Notes: generated from the letters alone by a model not told the origin. DNA of 48,528 nucleotides from Bacteroidota bacterium (GCA_020047715.1 JAIFNN010000009.1:1-48528), one strand, 5' to 3'; positions 34,984-47,234 are shown, counted from the first letter of the stretch. Made by a program: numbers and translations.

Positions 34984-36918
34984 CTACTTTACAACCACCA
35001 ACTTTCTCGCCTGGCTATGTTCCCCCAACTTCAACTTGCAATAATAAACTCCTGAAGCAAGTGCCGAGCCATCGAATTCAATTTCGTAATTACCGGCGGG
35101 TTGGCGATCGTTTACAAGGATAGCTACTTCCTGACCGATAAGGTTATAAATTTTCAAGCTTAACAAATCCGCATCAATACGCTCTCCCGGTAAGGCAGAA
35201 GTCCCGGTATAAGCTGGAATTGAATATTTTATTCTGGTGGTTGTCTTAAAAGGGTTAGGGTAGTTTTGCTCAAGTAATAAATTTGGTGCCATTTCAGCAG
35301 TATTCCGGACAGAAGTAGTTTTTGATAATTTTCTTAAGGTGGCAGTACATGAAGTAAAAGTATAATATACCGTTCCATCTCCTTCGATACCGCTAGTGTT
35401 ACTGCTTATTGTAATGAAATATCCTGAAACATCTCCTCCTGAGTAAAAAGGGGAAATAGAGAGCCCTGGAACCGGGCTGAATCCATAAAAAGAAACTCCT
35501 CCTGCCATAGCATATGTTAGTTTTTGAGGTACACCCTCATGAACCAGTATTGATCGGCAATCAGCGTTTTCCCATCTTCCCAGAATACTCCATTTATATG
35601 AAAATTTTATAGCGTTTTTGAAAGGAATTGAAAAAGAAAAAAGTTCAACACCGGAGGGATCATAGCTAAGAGAAGCATCTCCACCACCATCTCTGTTTCT
35701 CATTGCTTTCCATGTTTCTGAAGTACCGCTCATCGACCATTTAAGCTTTGGGCAAGCATTTCCTGTATGATCAGTAAATGTCTCTTTTCCAAATTTATGT
35801 ACCATAATTACTCCGGATAATGTCATTGTTGAATCAAAGAATTCAAATTCGGTGTTTTTTTCATCCACAGCAGTTCCAATAAAACTTCCGTAAGCCCGTT
35901 GAGTCCAGAATTTGTTTTCCTGTATCCAATTAGTTCCATCGGAGTATTCTCTCAAATGATCTCTGTAGCTGGTGGAACTAATTGACAAATCATAGGTCAG
36001 TTTCCACAAGTTGCGGTCTTCAAAATCTCCAATTAAAATGGAATTTGAACCATTGTATGTTATTGTATCGCGGAAAACATTGATGGCATTCAGAATTGTT
36101 GCGTTAAGGATCGCAACTCCTTCATCACCTCCGGCATCAAACTGAATTCTTGCGTCACCATTCTCATCGGTATTAACTTTTGTCAGGTCAATTGATCCAC
36201 GTGATGTTTCAATTGCCAGTTCCCTGTTAACTAATGGTAATCCGTCGCAGTCACTTACATGAATCGCAACTTCAGTAGATCCATTCTTTTCAATATTTTC
36301 TATTGCTGGGGTTACATCAATTTTTGGATTAATAACTAGTTGCTGATTATCTTCCTTCATTGCGGTTATAAAAGCTCTCATTTTCTGTGTAAGCGGCAGT
36401 ATTTGCTGTACTGCATTGTGACAAGCCTCGCTAATATTCTCAATGCTTGCAGAGGCAAACTGGGCTGTTCCAACTGCTATTTGAGTATAGGCATTTCCTT
36501 CAAGAAGTGAAACAGTTAGCGTGTAACTTCCCGGGGATCCGGAAATTGAACTGGCAATTACGAAATCGTATTTTGCATAGATGAATCTTCCTGTATCGGG
36601 TAAGAAAAATGAACTTCCTGACGAAGCAATATCATTCTCGGTAGTATCAGAAAACCCGTATGAAATGAAAAAAATTTCATTGTCGGTGATATTATTAATA
36701 ACATTTCGGTAGATATGCTTTGAGGCCGAATTAAATGCGTTTTGCTGACTTATATCAGTATAGGACGCTTCAGTTGAATTGCAGTCGTAATAAGCAAGAG
36801 AGAGTTTAGGCCAGTTGTCCTGGGACTGAATGGAAACCAATGGAAGAAAAAACAGAATGGCAGGTGCTATTCTTATAAAGAAATATAAGAATGCTGAAGT
36901 GTTTAAAGCTTTTGTCAT
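34984..36918 (-). CDS. secreted protein with a Big_1-like Ig domain and a T9SS type-A (Por) C-terminal sorting domain
   Basis: Signal peptide. An Ig-like segment VTPAIENIEKNGSTEVAIHVSDCDGLPLVNRELAIETSRGS. The C-terminal LEQNYPNPFKTTTRIKYSIP...GVYYCKLKLGEHSQARKLVVVK matches the Por CTD pattern. Confidence 0.8.
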   Translation of the reverse strand: MTKALNTSAFLYFFIRIAPAILFFLPLVSIQSQDNWPKLSLAYYDCNSTEASYTDISQQNAFNSASKHIYRNVINNITDNEIFFISYGFSDTTENDIASSGSSFFLPDTGRFIYAKYDFVIASSISGSPGSYTLTVSLLEGNAYTQIAVGTAQFASASIENISEACHNAVQQILPLTQKMRAFITAMKEDNQQLVINPKIDVTPAIENIEKNGSTEVAIHVSDCDGLPLVNRELAIETSRGSIDLTKVNTDENGDARIQFDAGGDEGVAILNATILNAINVFRDTITYNGSNSILIGDFEDRNLWKLTYDLSISSTSYRDHLREYSDGTNWIQENKFWTQRAYGSFIGTAVDEKNTEFEFFDSTMTLSGVIMVHKFGKETFTDHTGNACPKLKWSMSGTSETWKAMRNRDGGGDASLSYDPSGVELFSFSIPFKNAIKFSYKWSILGRWENADCRSILVHEGVPQKLTYAMAGGVSFYGFSPVPGLSISPFYSGGDVSGYFITISSNTSGIEGDGTVYYTFTSCTATLRKLSKTTSVRNTAEMAPNLLLEQNYPNPFKTTTRIKYSIPAYTGTSALPGERIDADLLSLKIYNLIGQEVAILVNDRQPAGNYEIEFDGSALASGVYYCKLKLGEHSQARKLVVVK

Positions 36919-37532
36919 TTTTGATATCTCTTAAATAATGGTTAACTTTCTAAAACCGGGAATTGAGATTCTTTTTGTAGGAAAATTGTATAAAACCGGC
37001 GAATATAAATTTCGGTATTTTTATAATATAAAGCAATAATAAAACCGGATTTTAGAAATATTAAGAATTAAACTGAGCAGATGACAGAAATTCCAATAAT
37101 TTCTATAAATTGATAACCATTCCAGACCCGTCTAAAATGGGCGAATTGAATTTTAAGTATTATACCGGGGGGTTATTTCAGCAAAATACCAGCCCGCAAC
37201 AAGAATCTGAAGAAGCTGCTAAATTCGATGTTTCTGATTAAACAGCCTTTTCCCTCAATCGAAATCAATTCAAAATCACAGTTTAGGTTATATCCGCTTT
37301 ATTATTAATCTTTGCGATCCAATATTCGGAATTTTTTTTCGGGGGATTTTTTAAAAAAAAGCTTAACTCCGGATACATTTTTAGCGGAATGTTTTTGTTT
37401 ACCGACTGGTTTTTTCGAACCCGAAAAGAAAGGTTTCAGAAAGTGGTTGAACTAAATCATTTTAAAAACAACATTAAGCTATAAATTCCTTAAAATTTTG
37501 CACAATAGTTATTGTTTTTTTAAAAAAAAGAA

Positions 37533-37540
37533 TACCTTTG
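37533..37540 (+). promoter_or_regulatory. Bacteroidota -7 box (TAnnTTTG) upstream of rpsL
   Basis: tacctttg ends 45 nt upstream of the rpsL ATG. A TTG at 37512-37514 gives an 18-nt spacing to the -7 box, close to the usual -33/-7 spacing. Confidence 0.45.
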
Positions 37541-37585
37541 CAACCCGATTTGGGAAAAATATTCAAACAATTACAATAAGTTTAT

Positions 37586-37963
37586 ATGCCAACAATTCAG
37601 CAATTAGTAAGAAAAGGAAGGAAAAAGATTGTTGAGAAAAGTAAAGCTCCGGCTCTGGATTCATGTCCACAGCGTAGAGGTGTGTGTGTAAGAGTATACA
37701 CCACAACTCCTAAGAAGCCGAATTCAGCAATGCGTAAAGTAGCCAGGGTAAGGTTGACTAACCAGAAGGAAGTAAACGCTTATATTCCGGGTGAAGGTCA
37801 CAATCTTCAGGAACACTCTATTGTTCTTATCAGGGGAGGAAGGGTAAAAGATCTTCCCGGTGTAAGGTATCACCTGATTCGCGGAGCTCTCGATGCTTCC
37901 GGTGTTGAAGGCAGATCACAGAGACGTTCGAAATACGGTACAAAAAGGCCTAAGAAAAAATAA
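37586..37963 (+). CDS. rpsL: 30S ribosomal protein S12
   Basis: [12 protein letters not shown]...[16 protein letters not shown]. Confidence 0.98.
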   Translation: MPTIQQLVRKGRKKIVEKSKAPALDSCPQRRGVCVRVYTTTPKKPNSAMRKVARVRLTNQKEVNAYIPGEGHNLQEHSIVLIRGGRVKDLPGVRYHLIRGALDASGVEGRSQRRSKYGTKRPKKK

Positions 37964-37981
37964 TTAATAGTATAGTCAGAA

Positions 37982-38458
37982 ATGAGAAAATCGAAACCCA
38001 AAAAGAGAATCCTGTTACCCGATCCGAAGTTCGGAAGTCCGGATGTAACAAGGTTTGTGAACAATCTTATGATAGAGGGTAAGAAGAGTATCTCTTACAC
38101 CATTTTTTATGATGCGATAAAAATGGTTGAGGAGAAAATGAAAAATGCCGACAAGCCCGCTCTTGAAATTTGGAAACTTGCTATCGAAAACATAACTCCC
38201 CAGGTTGAGGTAAAAAGCCGCAGGGTAGGTGGTGCTACTTTTCAGGTTCCAATGGAAATCCGTTCCGACCGAAAAGTGTCGATAGGAATGAAGAACCTTA
38301 TTTTCTATGCAAGAAAACGCACAGGACGTTCCATGAGCGAAAAACTTGCTGCTGAAATCATGGCTGCTTACAACAACGAAGGCGGCGCATACAAGAAAAA
38401 GGAAGACACACATAGAATGGCTGAAGCCAACAAGGCATTTGCACATTTCAGATTTTAA
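37982..38458 (+). CDS. rpsG: 30S ribosomal protein S7
   Basis: LPDPKFGS..., and [12 protein letters not shown] is a conserved S7 block. Position after rpsL. Confidence 0.98.
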   Translation: MRKSKPKKRILLPDPKFGSPDVTRFVNNLMIEGKKSISYTIFYDAIKMVEEKMKNADKPALEIWKLAIENITPQVEVKSRRVGGATFQVPMEIRSDRKVSIGMKNLIFYARKRTGRSMSEKLAAEIMAAYNNEGGAYKKKEDTHRMAEANKAFAHFRF

Positions 38459-38486
38459 ACGAGAAAAGAAGCAGGAAGCAGAATAG

Positions 38487-40592
38487 ATGAAACAGGATCT
38501 GAAATACACGAGGAATATTGGTATAATGGCCCATATCGATGCGGGTAAAACCACTTTAACAGAGAGAATTCTGTTTTATACTGGTATTACTCACAAACTT
38601 GGTGAAGTGCACGATGGGGCAGCTACAATGGATTGGATGGTACAGGAGCAGGAAAGGGGAATAACAATTACTTCCGCTGCAACAACAACATATTGGAAAT
38701 ACCTTAACGACGATCATAAGATAAATATAATTGACACCCCAGGTCACGTAGACTTTACGGTCGAGGTTGAGCGCTCTTTGAGGGTACTCGACGGGGCCGT
38801 GGCTGTTTTTTGCGGCGTGGGTGGTGTTGAGCCACAGTCTGAAACCGTTTGGCGCCAGGCTGATAAATATAAAGTTCCAAGGATTGCCTTTATTAACAAA
38901 CTCGACCGTGTAGGGTCAGACTTCCTAAGGGTAGTGAGCGAAATAAGAGAAAAACTTGGAGCCAACGCTGTTCCTCTTCAATTGCCTATCGGCTCAGAAG
39001 AGAACTTCAGAGGAGTTGTTGATCTTATCCAAAGAAAAGCAGTTATATGGCATGATGATGCCAAATTGGGAACCACTTATCAACTAGAGGAAATCCCTGA
39101 AGATATGATCGAAGAGGTTGAGGAATGGAGAGAAAAACTTATTGAAGCAGTATGTATTTCTGACGACAGACTTCTCGAGAAATTTCTGGAAGACCGAGAT
39201 TCAATCTCTGTAGAGGAGTTCATGGGCTATGCACGCAGAGCCACAATCAGGATGGAAATGGTTCCGGTGTTGGCAGGGTCAGCCTTCAAAAACAAGGGGA
39301 TTCAGCGTTTGCTCGACGGGATTGTTGCAATGCTCCCATGCCCGCTCGACATTGAGGCCGTAACCGGTATAAATCCCGATACGGAAAAAGAAGAAACCAG
39401 AGCACCGGATCCCGATGCCCCAATGGCAGGGTTGGCATTCAAGATTGCTACCGATCCTTTTGTTGGTCGCGTTACTTATGTTCGCGTATATTCAGGAGTT
39501 TTAAGGGAGGGTTCCTATGTTCTTAATACCCGTACCGGGAAAAAAGAACGAATCAATCGCTTATACCAGATGCATGCCAATAAACAACTTCCAAAAGAGT
39601 TTATTGAAGCCGGAGATATATGCGGAGCCGTTGGATTTAAAGACCTCAGAACCGGAGATACGATTTGTTCAATCGACGCACCCATCATTCTTGAGTCGAT
39701 GGACTTCCCTGAACCGGTTATCTCCGTTGCTATTGAGCCTAAAACCCAACAGGATATGGATCGCCTTGGAATGGCTCTGGGTAAACTTACTGAAGAAGAT
39801 CCTACTTTCCTTATCAATACAGATCCCGATAGCGGTCAAACAATTATCAGAGGAATGGGCGAGCTTCACCTCGAGATTCTTATCGACAGGTTGAGACGCG
39901 AGTTCAAAGTAGAATGTAATCAGGGTAGACCCCAGGTTAACTATAAAGAAGCCGTCACCCAGCTTATCGAACATCGTGAAGTGTTCAAGAAACAAACAGG
40001 TGGTAGAGGTAAATTTGCAGATATCCAGATTAAAATCGGACCTGCCGATCCAGGTGTAGTTGGCTTGCAATTCGTGAACGAAGTTAAAGGAGGCAATGTT
40101 CCCCGCGAATATATCCCGGCAATTGAAAAAGGATTCAAGGAATCACTGAAAAACGGCCCCTTGGCTGGTTACCCGATGGAAAGTTTGAAAGTTATCCTTT
40201 TCGACGGTTCATACCATGCTGTCGACTCCGATGCATTAGCCTTCGAAATTTGTGCTAAACAAGCATTCCGTCACGCAGCCTCCAAAGCTAAACCAGTTCT
40301 TCTCGAGCCTATTATGGCTGCAGAAGTCGTTACTCCCGAGGAATATATGGGCGACGTGATCGGCGACTTCAACAAACGCCGTGGTCAGGTTGAAGGTATG
40401 GAAAGCAGGGCAGGAGCAAGAGTTATTAAAGCTAAAGTCCCCTTGTCGGAACAGTTCGGATACGTTACAACATTGAGGACGCTTACCTCAGGGCGAGCAA
40501 CTTCAGCAATGACGTTCTCTCACTTTCAGGAGGTGAGCTCTGAACTCTCCAAATCGATACTAGAAAAAATTAGTGGTAAAACAGTTGCATAA
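38487..40592 (+). CDS. fusA: elongation factor G (canonical)
   Basis: G1 AHIDAGKTT, switch [11 protein letters not shown]4 NKLD. 701 aa, in the str operon. Confidence 0.98.
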   Translation: MKQDLKYTRNIGIMAHIDAGKTTLTERILFYTGITHKLGEVHDGAATMDWMVQEQERGITITSAATTTYWKYLNDDHKINIIDTPGHVDFTVEVERSLRVLDGAVAVFCGVGGVEPQSETVWRQADKYKVPRIAFINKLDRVGSDFLRVVSEIREKLGANAVPLQLPIGSEENFRGVVDLIQRKAVIWHDDAKLGTTYQLEEIPEDMIEEVEEWREKLIEAVCISDDRLLEKFLEDRDSISVEEFMGYARRATIRMEMVPVLAGSAFKNKGIQRLLDGIVAMLPCPLDIEAVTGINPDTEKEETRAPDPDAPMAGLAFKIATDPFVGRVTYVRVYSGVLREGSYVLNTRTGKKERINRLYQMHANKQLPKEFIEAGDICGAVGFKDLRTGDTICSIDAPIILESMDFPEPVISVAIEPKTQQDMDRLGMALGKLTEEDPTFLINTDPDSGQTIIRGMGELHLEILIDRLRREFKVECNQGRPQVNYKEAVTQLIEHREVFKKQTGGRGKFADIQIKIGPADPGVVGLQFVNEVKGGNVPREYIPAIEKGFKESLKNGPLAGYPMESLKVILFDGSYHAVDSDALAFEICAKQAFRHAASKAKPVLLEPIMAAEVVTPEEYMGDVIGDFNKRRGQVEGMESRAGARVIKAKVPLSEQFGYVTTLRTLTSGRATSAMTFSHFQEVSSELSKSILEKISGKTVA

Positions 40593-40603
40593 CAATTATT
40601 AGA

Positions 40604-40909
40604 ATGAGCCAAAAGATTAGAATTAAATTGAAGTCTTACGATCATAACCTGGTGGACAAATCAGCAGAGAAGATCGTGAAAACTGTAAAATCTACCGGAG
40701 CTGTTGTGAGCGGTCCCATTCCATTACCAACTCACAAAAGGATTTATACTGTGCTTAGGTCACCCTTCGTAAACAAAAAATCCAGAGAGCAATTTCAGTT
40801 GTGTTCGTTTAAAAGATTGCTTGATATTTACAGTTCAACTCCCAAAACCATCGATGCTCTCATGAAACTTGAGCTTCCCAGTGGTGTTGAGGTAGAAATA
40901 AAAGTTTGA
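40604..40909 (+). CDS. rpsJ: 30S ribosomal protein S10
   Basis: [16 protein letters not shown]. 101 aa. Confidence 0.98.
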   Translation: MSQKIRIKLKSYDHNLVDKSAEKIVKTVKSTGAVVSGPIPLPTHKRIYTVLRSPFVNKKSREQFQLCSFKRLLDIYSSTPKTIDALMKLELPSGVEVEIKV

Positions 40910-40932
40910 TTACTTTATAAAAACATAGAAAA

Positions 40933-41550
40933 ATGCCAGGATTAATTGGTAAGAAGATCGGAATGACTTCCATCTTCGACGCAGACGGAAAAAATGTTCC
41001 ATGCACTGTAATACAGGCTGGACCTTGTGTTATTACTCAGGTGAAAACCGTATCGAATGATGGATATGCTGCTGTTCAGCTAGCCTTTGACGATAAGAAA
41101 GAAAAACACACAACCAAGGCCTTAATGGGTCACTTCAAAAAAGCTGAAACTGAACCCAAAAGGAAAGTGGTTGAGTTGAAAGGTTTTGTAAAAGACTGGA
41201 AACTTGGTGATGTTATAACTGTTGACTATTTCAAAGACGATATCTGGTTGGATATTGTTGGCCTATCCAAAGGCAAGGGCTTTCAAGGTGTTGTGAAAAG
41301 ACACGGCTTCAGCGGTGTTAACGACGCAACACACGGTCAGCACAACAGGCTTAGAGCTCCCGGTTCACTCGGTGCTTCATCCTACCCATCAAGGGTTTTC
41401 AAGGGAATGAGAATGGCCGGACGTATGGGTGGCAATCGCGTAAAAGTATTAAACCTGAAGATTATGAAAGTTATGCCGGAAAATAATCTTCTTCTTATTA
41501 AAGGTTCCGTTCCAGGTTCTATAGGTTCATATTTAATTATTGAAAAGTAA
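40933..41550 (+). CDS. rplC: 50S ribosomal protein L3
   Basis: [15 protein letters not shown]...[14 protein letters not shown]. Confidence 0.98.
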   Translation: MPGLIGKKIGMTSIFDADGKNVPCTVIQAGPCVITQVKTVSNDGYAAVQLAFDDKKEKHTTKALMGHFKKAETEPKRKVVELKGFVKDWKLGDVITVDYFKDDIWLDIVGLSKGKGFQGVVKRHGFSGVNDATHGQHNRLRAPGSLGASSYPSRVFKGMRMAGRMGGNRVKVLNLKIMKVMPENNLLLIKGSVPGSIGSYLIIEK

Positions 41551-42170
41551 TGGATTTAGCTATCATGAATATTGCCGGTAAGGAAACCGGTAAAAAGGTA
41601 AAACTCGAAGATTCACTCTTCGGTATCGAGCCAAACGACCATGCAATTTATTTGGATGTGAAACAATACCTGGCCAACAATCGTCAGGGAACTCACAAAG
41701 CCAAAGAAAGATCAGAAGTTACCGGTAGTACCCGGAAACTCAAAAAACAAAAGGGAAGCGGTTCGGCTCGTTTCGGTGACATCAAAAACCCACTCTTCCG
41801 CAGTGGAGGTAGAGTTTTTGGACCCAGACCCCGCGATTACAGTTTTAAGCTGAATAAGAAAGTGAAAGCCCTGGCTCGTATTTCGGCTCTTTCCTATAAA
41901 GCTCAAAACAACCAGCTGTTGGTTCTGGAAGACTTTGATTTTGAAGCTCCTAAAACAAAAGAATTTTTGAATCTTCAGAAAAATTTCAACCTGGATAATA
42001 AAAAGTCTCTTTTAGTTTTAAAAGAAGGAAATAATAATATATATTTGTCCTCTCGAAATTTACACAATTCCAAGGTCGTAACCCTTTCAGAATTAAACAC
42101 TTACGATATAATGAATGCGACAACAGTGTTGTTTGTAGAGAGTTCACTTGGTGTGTTACAAAGTAAATAG
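41550..42170 (+). CDS. rplD: 50S ribosomal protein L4
   Basis: [32 protein letters not shown]. Its ATG overlaps the rplC stop (TAATG). Confidence 0.97.
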   Translation: MDLAIMNIAGKETGKKVKLEDSLFGIEPNDHAIYLDVKQYLANNRQGTHKAKERSEVTGSTRKLKKQKGSGSARFGDIKNPLFRSGGRVFGPRPRDYSFKLNKKVKALARISALSYKAQNNQLLVLEDFDFEAPKTKEFLNLQKNFNLDNKKSLLVLKEGNNNIYLSSRNLHNSKVVTLSELNTYDIMNATTVLFVESSLGVLQSK

Positions 42171-42194
42171 ATGAAATTTTAAGTACAAAAAGCA

Positions 42195-42485
42195 ATGGAT
42201 ATTTTAATAAAGCCAATCGTTACCGAGAAACTTACTGCAATGGCTGAAAAGCTTAACAGCTATGGGTTTGTTGTTGAAAAGAAGGCAAACAAATTGCAGA
42301 TTAAAAAGGCAGTTGAAGACATGTATAAGGTTAAAGTTTCTTCTGTTAACACAATGCGCTATGCCGGTAAAGCAAAAAGCCGGTTTACAAAAAGCGGTGT
42401 GATCAGCGGTAAGTCGCCAAATACAAAAAGGGCTGTTATTACTTTAGCCGCAGGAGAGACTATTGATTTCTATAGCAATATTTAA
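42195..42485 (+). CDS. rplW: 50S ribosomal protein L23
   Basis: [10 protein letters not shown]..., 96 aa, operon position. Confidence 0.96.
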   Translation: MDILIKPIVTEKLTAMAEKLNSYGFVVEKKANKLQIKKAVEDMYKVKVSSVNTMRYAGKAKSRFTKSGVISGKSPNTKRAVITLAAGETIDFYSNI

Positions 42486-42490
42486 ATAAA

Positions 42491-43315
42491 ATGGCAGTAA
42501 GAAAGTTAAAACCTGTTACACCAGGTCAGAGATTCAGAATAATGTCCGGTTTTGATGAGATCACAGCATCAAGCCCTGAAAAAAGTCTGCTTGCCCCGAT
42601 TAAAAAATCCGGAGGTAGAAATAATACCGGAAAAATGACAATCAGGTATGTAGGTGGTGGACATAAAAAGAAATACAGGATCATCGACTTTAAAAGAGAT
42701 AAAGATAATGTTCTTGCTATAGTAAAGACTATTGAGTACGATCCCAACCGTTCAGCCAGGATAGCCCTTGTTGTTTATGGAGATGGAGAGAAAAGATACA
42801 TTCTGGCTCCAGCTGGCTTGAATGTGGGTCAGACTATCCTTTCGGGTGAAGAAATTGCACCTGAAATTGGAAATGCTCTGCCGCTCTCAAAAATACCTCT
42901 GGGATCAATCATTCACAATATTGAATTAAGACCCGGACAGGGAGCAGTTCTCGCAAGAAGCGCCGGTACCTCCGCACAGCTTACTTCAAGAGACGGGAAA
43001 TACGGGATTATCAAACTTCCTTCTGGTGAAACACGAATGGTGCTTATTACTTGCAAAGCTACAGTAGGTGCAGTTTCAAACTCCGACCACGCTCTGACAA
43101 GATCAGGAAAAGCAGGTCGTTCACGTTGGCTTGGAAGACGTCCAAGGGTGCGTGGTGTTGTTATGAACCCGGTTGACCATCCGATGGGTGGAGGTGAAGG
43201 TAGAGCCAGTGGAGGCCATCCAAGATCCAGAAAAGGTCTGCCAGCTAAAGGTTACAAAACCAGGGCAAAGAAAAATATGTCCAACAAGTATATCATCGAA
43301 AGAAGAAAAAAATAA
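42491..43315 (+). CDS. rplB: 50S ribosomal protein L2
   Basis: [15 protein letters not shown] and [13 protein letters not shown]. Confidence 0.98.
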   Translation: MAVRKLKPVTPGQRFRIMSGFDEITASSPEKSLLAPIKKSGGRNNTGKMTIRYVGGGHKKKYRIIDFKRDKDNVLAIVKTIEYDPNRSARIALVVYGDGEKRYILAPAGLNVGQTILSGEEIAPEIGNALPLSKIPLGSIIHNIELRPGQGAVLARSAGTSAQLTSRDGKYGIIKLPSGETRMVLITCKATVGAVSNSDHALTRSGKAGRSRWLGRRPRVRGVVMNPVDHPMGGGEGRASGGHPRSRKGLPAKGYKTRAKKNMSNKYIIERRKK

Positions 43316-43326
43316 AATTTTAGAAT

Positions 43327-43593
43327 ATGAGCCGTTCACTGAAAAAAGGTCCTTTTATTGATTTTAAATTGGAAAAAAGAGTGCTCGACATGACTGAATC
43401 GGGCAAGAAGCAAGTAATCAAGACCTGGTCAAGACGTTCTGTTATCTCTCCCGATTTTGTGGGCCAGACGATCGCAGTTCACAACGGTAATAAATTCATC
43501 CCTGTTTATGTGACTGAGAACATGGTCGGTCATAAACTTGGTGAATTCGCACCAACCCGAATATTGAGAGGTCACGGTGGTAAGCAGAAATAA
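43327..43593 (+). CDS. rpsS: 30S ribosomal protein S19
   Basis: [12 protein letters not shown]...[11 protein letters not shown]. Confidence 0.98.
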   Translation: MSRSLKKGPFIDFKLEKRVLDMTESGKKQVIKTWSRRSVISPDFVGQTIAVHNGNKFIPVYVTENMVGHKLGEFAPTRILRGHGGKQK

Positions 43594-43623
43594 TAACAGA
43601 GAATTCAGAAAACTTACAGTAAA

Positions 43624-44043
43624 ATGGGTGCAAGAAAAAGATTAAGTGCTAATAAGATTAAAGAAGACAATAAGAAAAGTGCTTTTGCTAGTCTTAACAG
43701 TGTTCCTACCTCTCCCCGAAAAATGAGGCTGGTTACAGACCTTATTAGAGGAATGGAAGTAAATAAAGCTTTGGACATACTCAAATTTACCGAGAAGGAA
43801 GCTGCAAAAAGAGTTGAAAAACTGCTTCTTTCAGCAATTTCCAACTGGCAGGCAAAAAACGAGGGAATGCGTATTGAGGATACCAAAATTTTCGTGAAAG
43901 AAGTTTTTGTTGAACAGGGAAAAACTCTGAAGAGATTGCGCCCAGCTCCTCAGGGACGTGCTCACAGAATCAGAAAGAGATCAAACCACGTTACAATAAT
44001 TCTTGACAGCGTGAATAATAACGAACTTGAAACAACTAAATAA
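43624..44043 (+). CDS. rplV: 50S ribosomal protein L22
   Basis: [14 protein letters not shown], operon position. Confidence 0.96.
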   Translation: MGARKRLSANKIKEDNKKSAFASLNSVPTSPRKMRLVTDLIRGMEVNKALDILKFTEKEAAKRVEKLLLSAISNWQAKNEGMRIEDTKIFVKEVFVEQGKTLKRLRPAPQGRAHRIRKRSNHVTIILDSVNNNELETTK

Positions 44044-44045
44044 TA

Positions 44046-44753
44046 ATGGGACAAAAAGTTAATCCGATATCTAATCGTCTTGGTATAATCAGAGGCTGGG
44101 ATTCAAACTGGTATGGTGGAAGAGATTATTCTTCCAAGCTGATTGAAGATACCAAGATTCGCGAATATTTGACCGCTCGTCTTGCTAAAGCCAGCATTTC
44201 AAAAATCGTTATCGAACGCACTTTAAAACTCATCACTGTAACCGTGAATACTGCACGTCCAGGTATTATTATCGGAAAAGGCGGACAGGAAGTGGATAAG
44301 TTGAAAGAGGAATTGAAGAAAATTACCAAGAAGGAAGTACAGATTAATATTTACGAGGTAAAGAGACCGGAACTTGATGCAACTATTGTTGGTAACAACA
44401 TTGCACGCCAGATTGAAGGCAAAATTTCATACCGAAGAGCTATTAAAATGGCAATGGCTTCAACCATGCGTATGGGATCGGAAGGTATCAAAGTAATGAT
44501 CTCAGGTCGTCTCGGAGGAGCTGAAATGGCCCGTAATGAGACTCTGAAGGAAGGCAGGATTCCCCTTCATACACTTCGTGCAGATATCGATTACGCTTTG
44601 GCTGAAGCTCATACAAAAGTTGGCGTAATCGGTGTTAAAGTGTGGATTTGCAACGGTGAGATCTACGGTAAACGTGACCTTGCACCTAATATCGGAGCAA
44701 AAAACGTAAAACCCAAAGCAGGTTTCCGCAAGAATAAAAAAAATAGCAGGTAA
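44046..44753 (+). CDS. rpsC: 30S ribosomal protein S3
   Basis: [14 protein letters not shown]..., with a KH domain block [11 protein letters not shown]. Confidence 0.98.
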   Translation: MGQKVNPISNRLGIIRGWDSNWYGGRDYSSKLIEDTKIREYLTARLAKASISKIVIERTLKLITVTVNTARPGIIIGKGGQEVDKLKEELKKITKKEVQINIYEVKRPELDATIVGNNIARQIEGKISYRRAIKMAMASTMRMGSEGIKVMISGRLGGAEMARNETLKEGRIPLHTLRADIDYALAEAHTKVGVIGVKVWICNGEIYGKRDLAPNIGAKNVKPKAGFRKNKKNSR

Positions 44754-44775
44754 TTATTGAAATCTATATAAAGAA

Positions 44776-45198
44776 ATGTTACAACCTAAAAGAACCAAGT
44801 TCAGGAGAGCACAAAAAGGTAAGATGAAAGGAAACGCTCAGCGTGGTCATGAGCTTGCTTTCGGTTCATTCGGGATTAAAGTCCTTGAAGAAGTTTGGCT
44901 TACCGGTCGTCAAATTGAAGCTGCCCGTCAGGCTGTTACCCGCCACATGAAAAGAGAGGGTCAGATATGGATCCGTGTTTTCCCCGATAAGCCTATCACC
45001 AAGAAACCTGCCGAAGTCAGGATGGGTAAAGGTAAAGGTGCACCAGAAGGATTCGTTTGTCCAATTACCCCGGGTAGAATTATCCTGGAAGCCGAAGGTG
45101 TTCCCTTCGAAATCGCAAAGGAAGCTCTCAGGTTGGCAGCACAAAAATTACCCGTCACCACTCGTTTCGTGGTAAGACGCGATTATGTTCAGAAATAA
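44776..45198 (+). CDS. rplP: 50S ribosomal protein L16
   Basis: [15 protein letters not shown]...RMGKGKG. Confidence 0.98.
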   Translation: MLQPKRTKFRRAQKGKMKGNAQRGHELAFGSFGIKVLEEVWLTGRQIEAARQAVTRHMKREGQIWIRVFPDKPITKKPAEVRMGKGKGAPEGFVCPITPGRIILEAEGVPFEIAKEALRLAAQKLPVTTRFVVRRDYVQK

Positions 45199-45217
45199 AG
45201 ATTAAAAAAATATCCGG

Positions 45218-45424
45218 ATGAAGAATTCTGAGATCAAAGAGCTGAGTACAAAAGAACTGAAAGAAAGGATTGAAACTGAAAGGGAACTGCTTTCACGCAT
45301 GAAATTGAACCATGCAGTTTCACCACTCGACAATCCTATCAAAATCAGAGACTCAAGAAAAAATGTAGCCAGGATGAATACTGAGCTGGTTAGCAGATTA
45401 TCAAAAGAAAATATCAAAAGTTAA
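45218..45424 (+). CDS. rpmC: 50S ribosomal protein L29
   Basis: IKELSTKELKERI..., 68 aa, operon position. Confidence 0.95.
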   Translation: MKNSEIKELSTKELKERIETERELLSRMKLNHAVSPLDNPIKIRDSRKNVARMNTELVSRLSKENIKS

Positions 45425-45433
45425 AACTCTCAC

Positions 45434-45694
45434 ATGGAGAACACAAGACAAGATAGAAGAGAACGTGTTGGTGTTGTTGTAAGCAACAAAATGGAAAAGT
45501 CTATTACCATTGCTGTGCACACAAAAGCTAAACACCCTATTTACGGAAAATTCGTAAACAAAACATCAAAGTTCATGGCTCACGACGAGAAGAACGAGTG
45601 CAATGTTGGCGACACTGTGAAAATAATGGAAACCAGACCATTAAGCAAAAACAAAAACTGGAGACTAGTTGAAATTATTGAAAGAGCTAAGTAA
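45434..45694 (+). CDS. rpsQ: 30S ribosomal protein S17
   Basis: [19 protein letters not shown]...[14 protein letters not shown]. Confidence 0.97.
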   Translation: MENTRQDRRERVGVVVSNKMEKSITIAVHTKAKHPIYGKFVNKTSKFMAHDEKNECNVGDTVKIMETRPLSKNKNWRLVEIIERAK

Positions 45695-45696
45695 TC

Positions 45697-46062
45697 ATGA
45701 TACAACAAGAAAGCAGACTGGGAGTTGCCGACAATAGCGGAGCAAAGGAAGTTCTTTGTATACGTGTACTCGGAGGAACAGGTAGACGCTATGCCTCTAT
45801 TGGCGACAAAATCGTTGTTGCTATAAAAAGCGCCACTCCTTCCGGGGAAGTAAAAAAAGGTACCGTAAGTAAAGCCGTAGTGGTTCGTACCAAAAAGGAA
45901 ATCAGACGACCGGATGGATCATACATTCGCTTTGACGACAATGCAGTAGTACTTCTTAACAATGTCGATGAGATGCGTGGAACACGTATTTTCGGACCTG
46001 TTGCGAGAGAACTGCGTGACAAATACATGAAAATTGTTTCACTCGCACCTGAGGTGTTGTAA
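45697..46062 (+). CDS. rplN: 50S ribosomal protein L14
   Basis: [18 protein letters not shown]. Confidence 0.98.
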   Translation: MIQQESRLGVADNSGAKEVLCIRVLGGTGRRYASIGDKIVVAIKSATPSGEVKKGTVSKAVVVRTKKEIRRPDGSYIRFDDNAVVLLNNVDEMRGTRIFGPVARELRDKYMKIVSLAPEVL

Positions 46063-46081
46063 ATTTATAAAGATTATCCCA

Positions 46082-46405
46082 ATGCAAAGGAAATTTCATA
46101 TCAAAAAGGGTGATTTGGTAATCGTAAACTCTGGCGAATCTAAAGGTCAGCAGGGACGCATTCTTGAGGTTCTTTACACAAAAGAAAGAGCTATTGTTGA
46201 AGGCGTTAATATGGTCTCCAAAGCTACCAAGCCAAACGCAAAAAGTCCACAGGGCGGAATTATCAAAAAAGAAGCTCCGGTACATATCTCCAATCTTAAC
46301 CTGGTTGATCCCTCTACCGGTAAAGCTACCCGCATCGGCAGAAAATTAAATGAGAACAATAAATTAGTAAGGTATTCAAAAAAATCAGGAGAGGAGATTA
46401 AGTAA
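46082..46405 (+). CDS. rplX: 50S ribosomal protein L24
   Basis: [22 protein letters not shown] (KOW motif). Start set to ATG 46082 ([11 protein letters not shown]) instead of the ORF-track 46034, which overlaps rplN. Confidence 0.95.
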   Translation: MQRKFHIKKGDLVIVNSGESKGQQGRILEVLYTKERAIVEGVNMVSKATKPNAKSPQGGIIKKEAPVHISNLNLVDPSTGKATRIGRKLNENNKLVRYSKKSGEEIK

Positions 46406-46950
46406 TGGCCTACACACCCACATTAGAAACCAAATACAAGGAAGAAGTTGCTCCTGCTTTGATGAAGAAATTCAACTATAAAAGCACAATGCAGGTTCCC
46501 CGTATTTTAAAAATAGCCATTAACTCCGGAGTTGGTGATGCTATTGCTGACAAGAAACTTATTGAAACAGCATTGGATGAGATTTCAAATATAGCAGGTC
46601 AGAAAGCAATTTCTACTATGTCTACCAAAGATATCTCCAACTTTAAACTCAGAAAAGGCATGCCTATCGGGGTTAAAGTTACCCTTCGCAGAGACAAGAT
46701 GTATGAATTCATGGAGCGACTCATTAACGCCTCGCTTCCCAGGATACGTGACTTCAACGGAATCAGCAGCAAATTTGATGGCCGCGGAAATTACACCCTC
46801 GGAATAACTGAGCAGATTATTTTCCCTGAGATCGATATCGATAAGATCAACAAGATTATGGGTTTGGAGATAACATTCGTTACCTCTGCAAAATCCGATG
46901 AAGAAGGATTCGCCCTCTTGAAAGAATTTGGAATACCATTTAAAAAATAA
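46405..46950 (+). CDS. rplE: 50S ribosomal protein L5
   Basis: 181 aa, [21 protein letters not shown]. Its ATG overlaps the rplX stop. Confidence 0.97.
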   Translation: MAYTPTLETKYKEEVAPALMKKFNYKSTMQVPRILKIAINSGVGDAIADKKLIETALDEISNIAGQKAISTMSTKDISNFKLRKGMPIGVKVTLRRDKMYEFMERLINASLPRIRDFNGISSKFDGRGNYTLGITEQIIFPEIDIDKINKIMGLEITFVTSAKSDEEGFALLKEFGIPFKK

Positions 46951-46964
46951 AAATACCATATCGT

Positions 46965-47234
46965 ATGGCTAAAGAATCAATGATCGCTCGCGAAGAAAAA
47001 CGCAGAAAACTTGTTGAGAGATTTGCGGAAAAGAGAGCTAAACTTAAAGCAGAAGGTGACTACGTGGGTCTCAGTCGTCTGCCAAAGAACTCAAATCCTA
47101 TCCGGATGCATAATCGTTGCAAAATAACAGGTAGGCCTAAAGGATATATCAGGCAGTTTGGAATCAGCAGGATACAGTTTAGGGAAATGGCTTCGTCAGG
47201 ATTAATTCCCGGAATTAAGAAAGCCAGCTGGTAG
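46965..47234 (+). CDS. rpsN: 30S ribosomal protein S14 (long, non-zinc form)
   Basis: [13 protein letters not shown]...[23 protein letters not shown]...SW. 89 aa. Confidence 0.97.
   Translation: MAKESMIAREEKRRKLVERFAEKRAKLKAEGDYVGLSRLPKNSNPIRMHNRCKITGRPKGYIRQFGISRIQFREMASSGLIPGIKKASW

Noticed and set aside
37405-37430. tRNA T-arm-like ttcgaaccc in the rpsL upstream gap.
   Set aside because: There is no acceptor stem, D-arm or anticodon arm around it. It folds only as a weak ttttcg/cgaaaa hairpin.
30668-40592. Two EF-G genes as a duplication or assembly artefact.
   Set aside because: The two proteins are highly diverged throughout, including the G motifs. They sit in different contexts and represent distinct paralogues.
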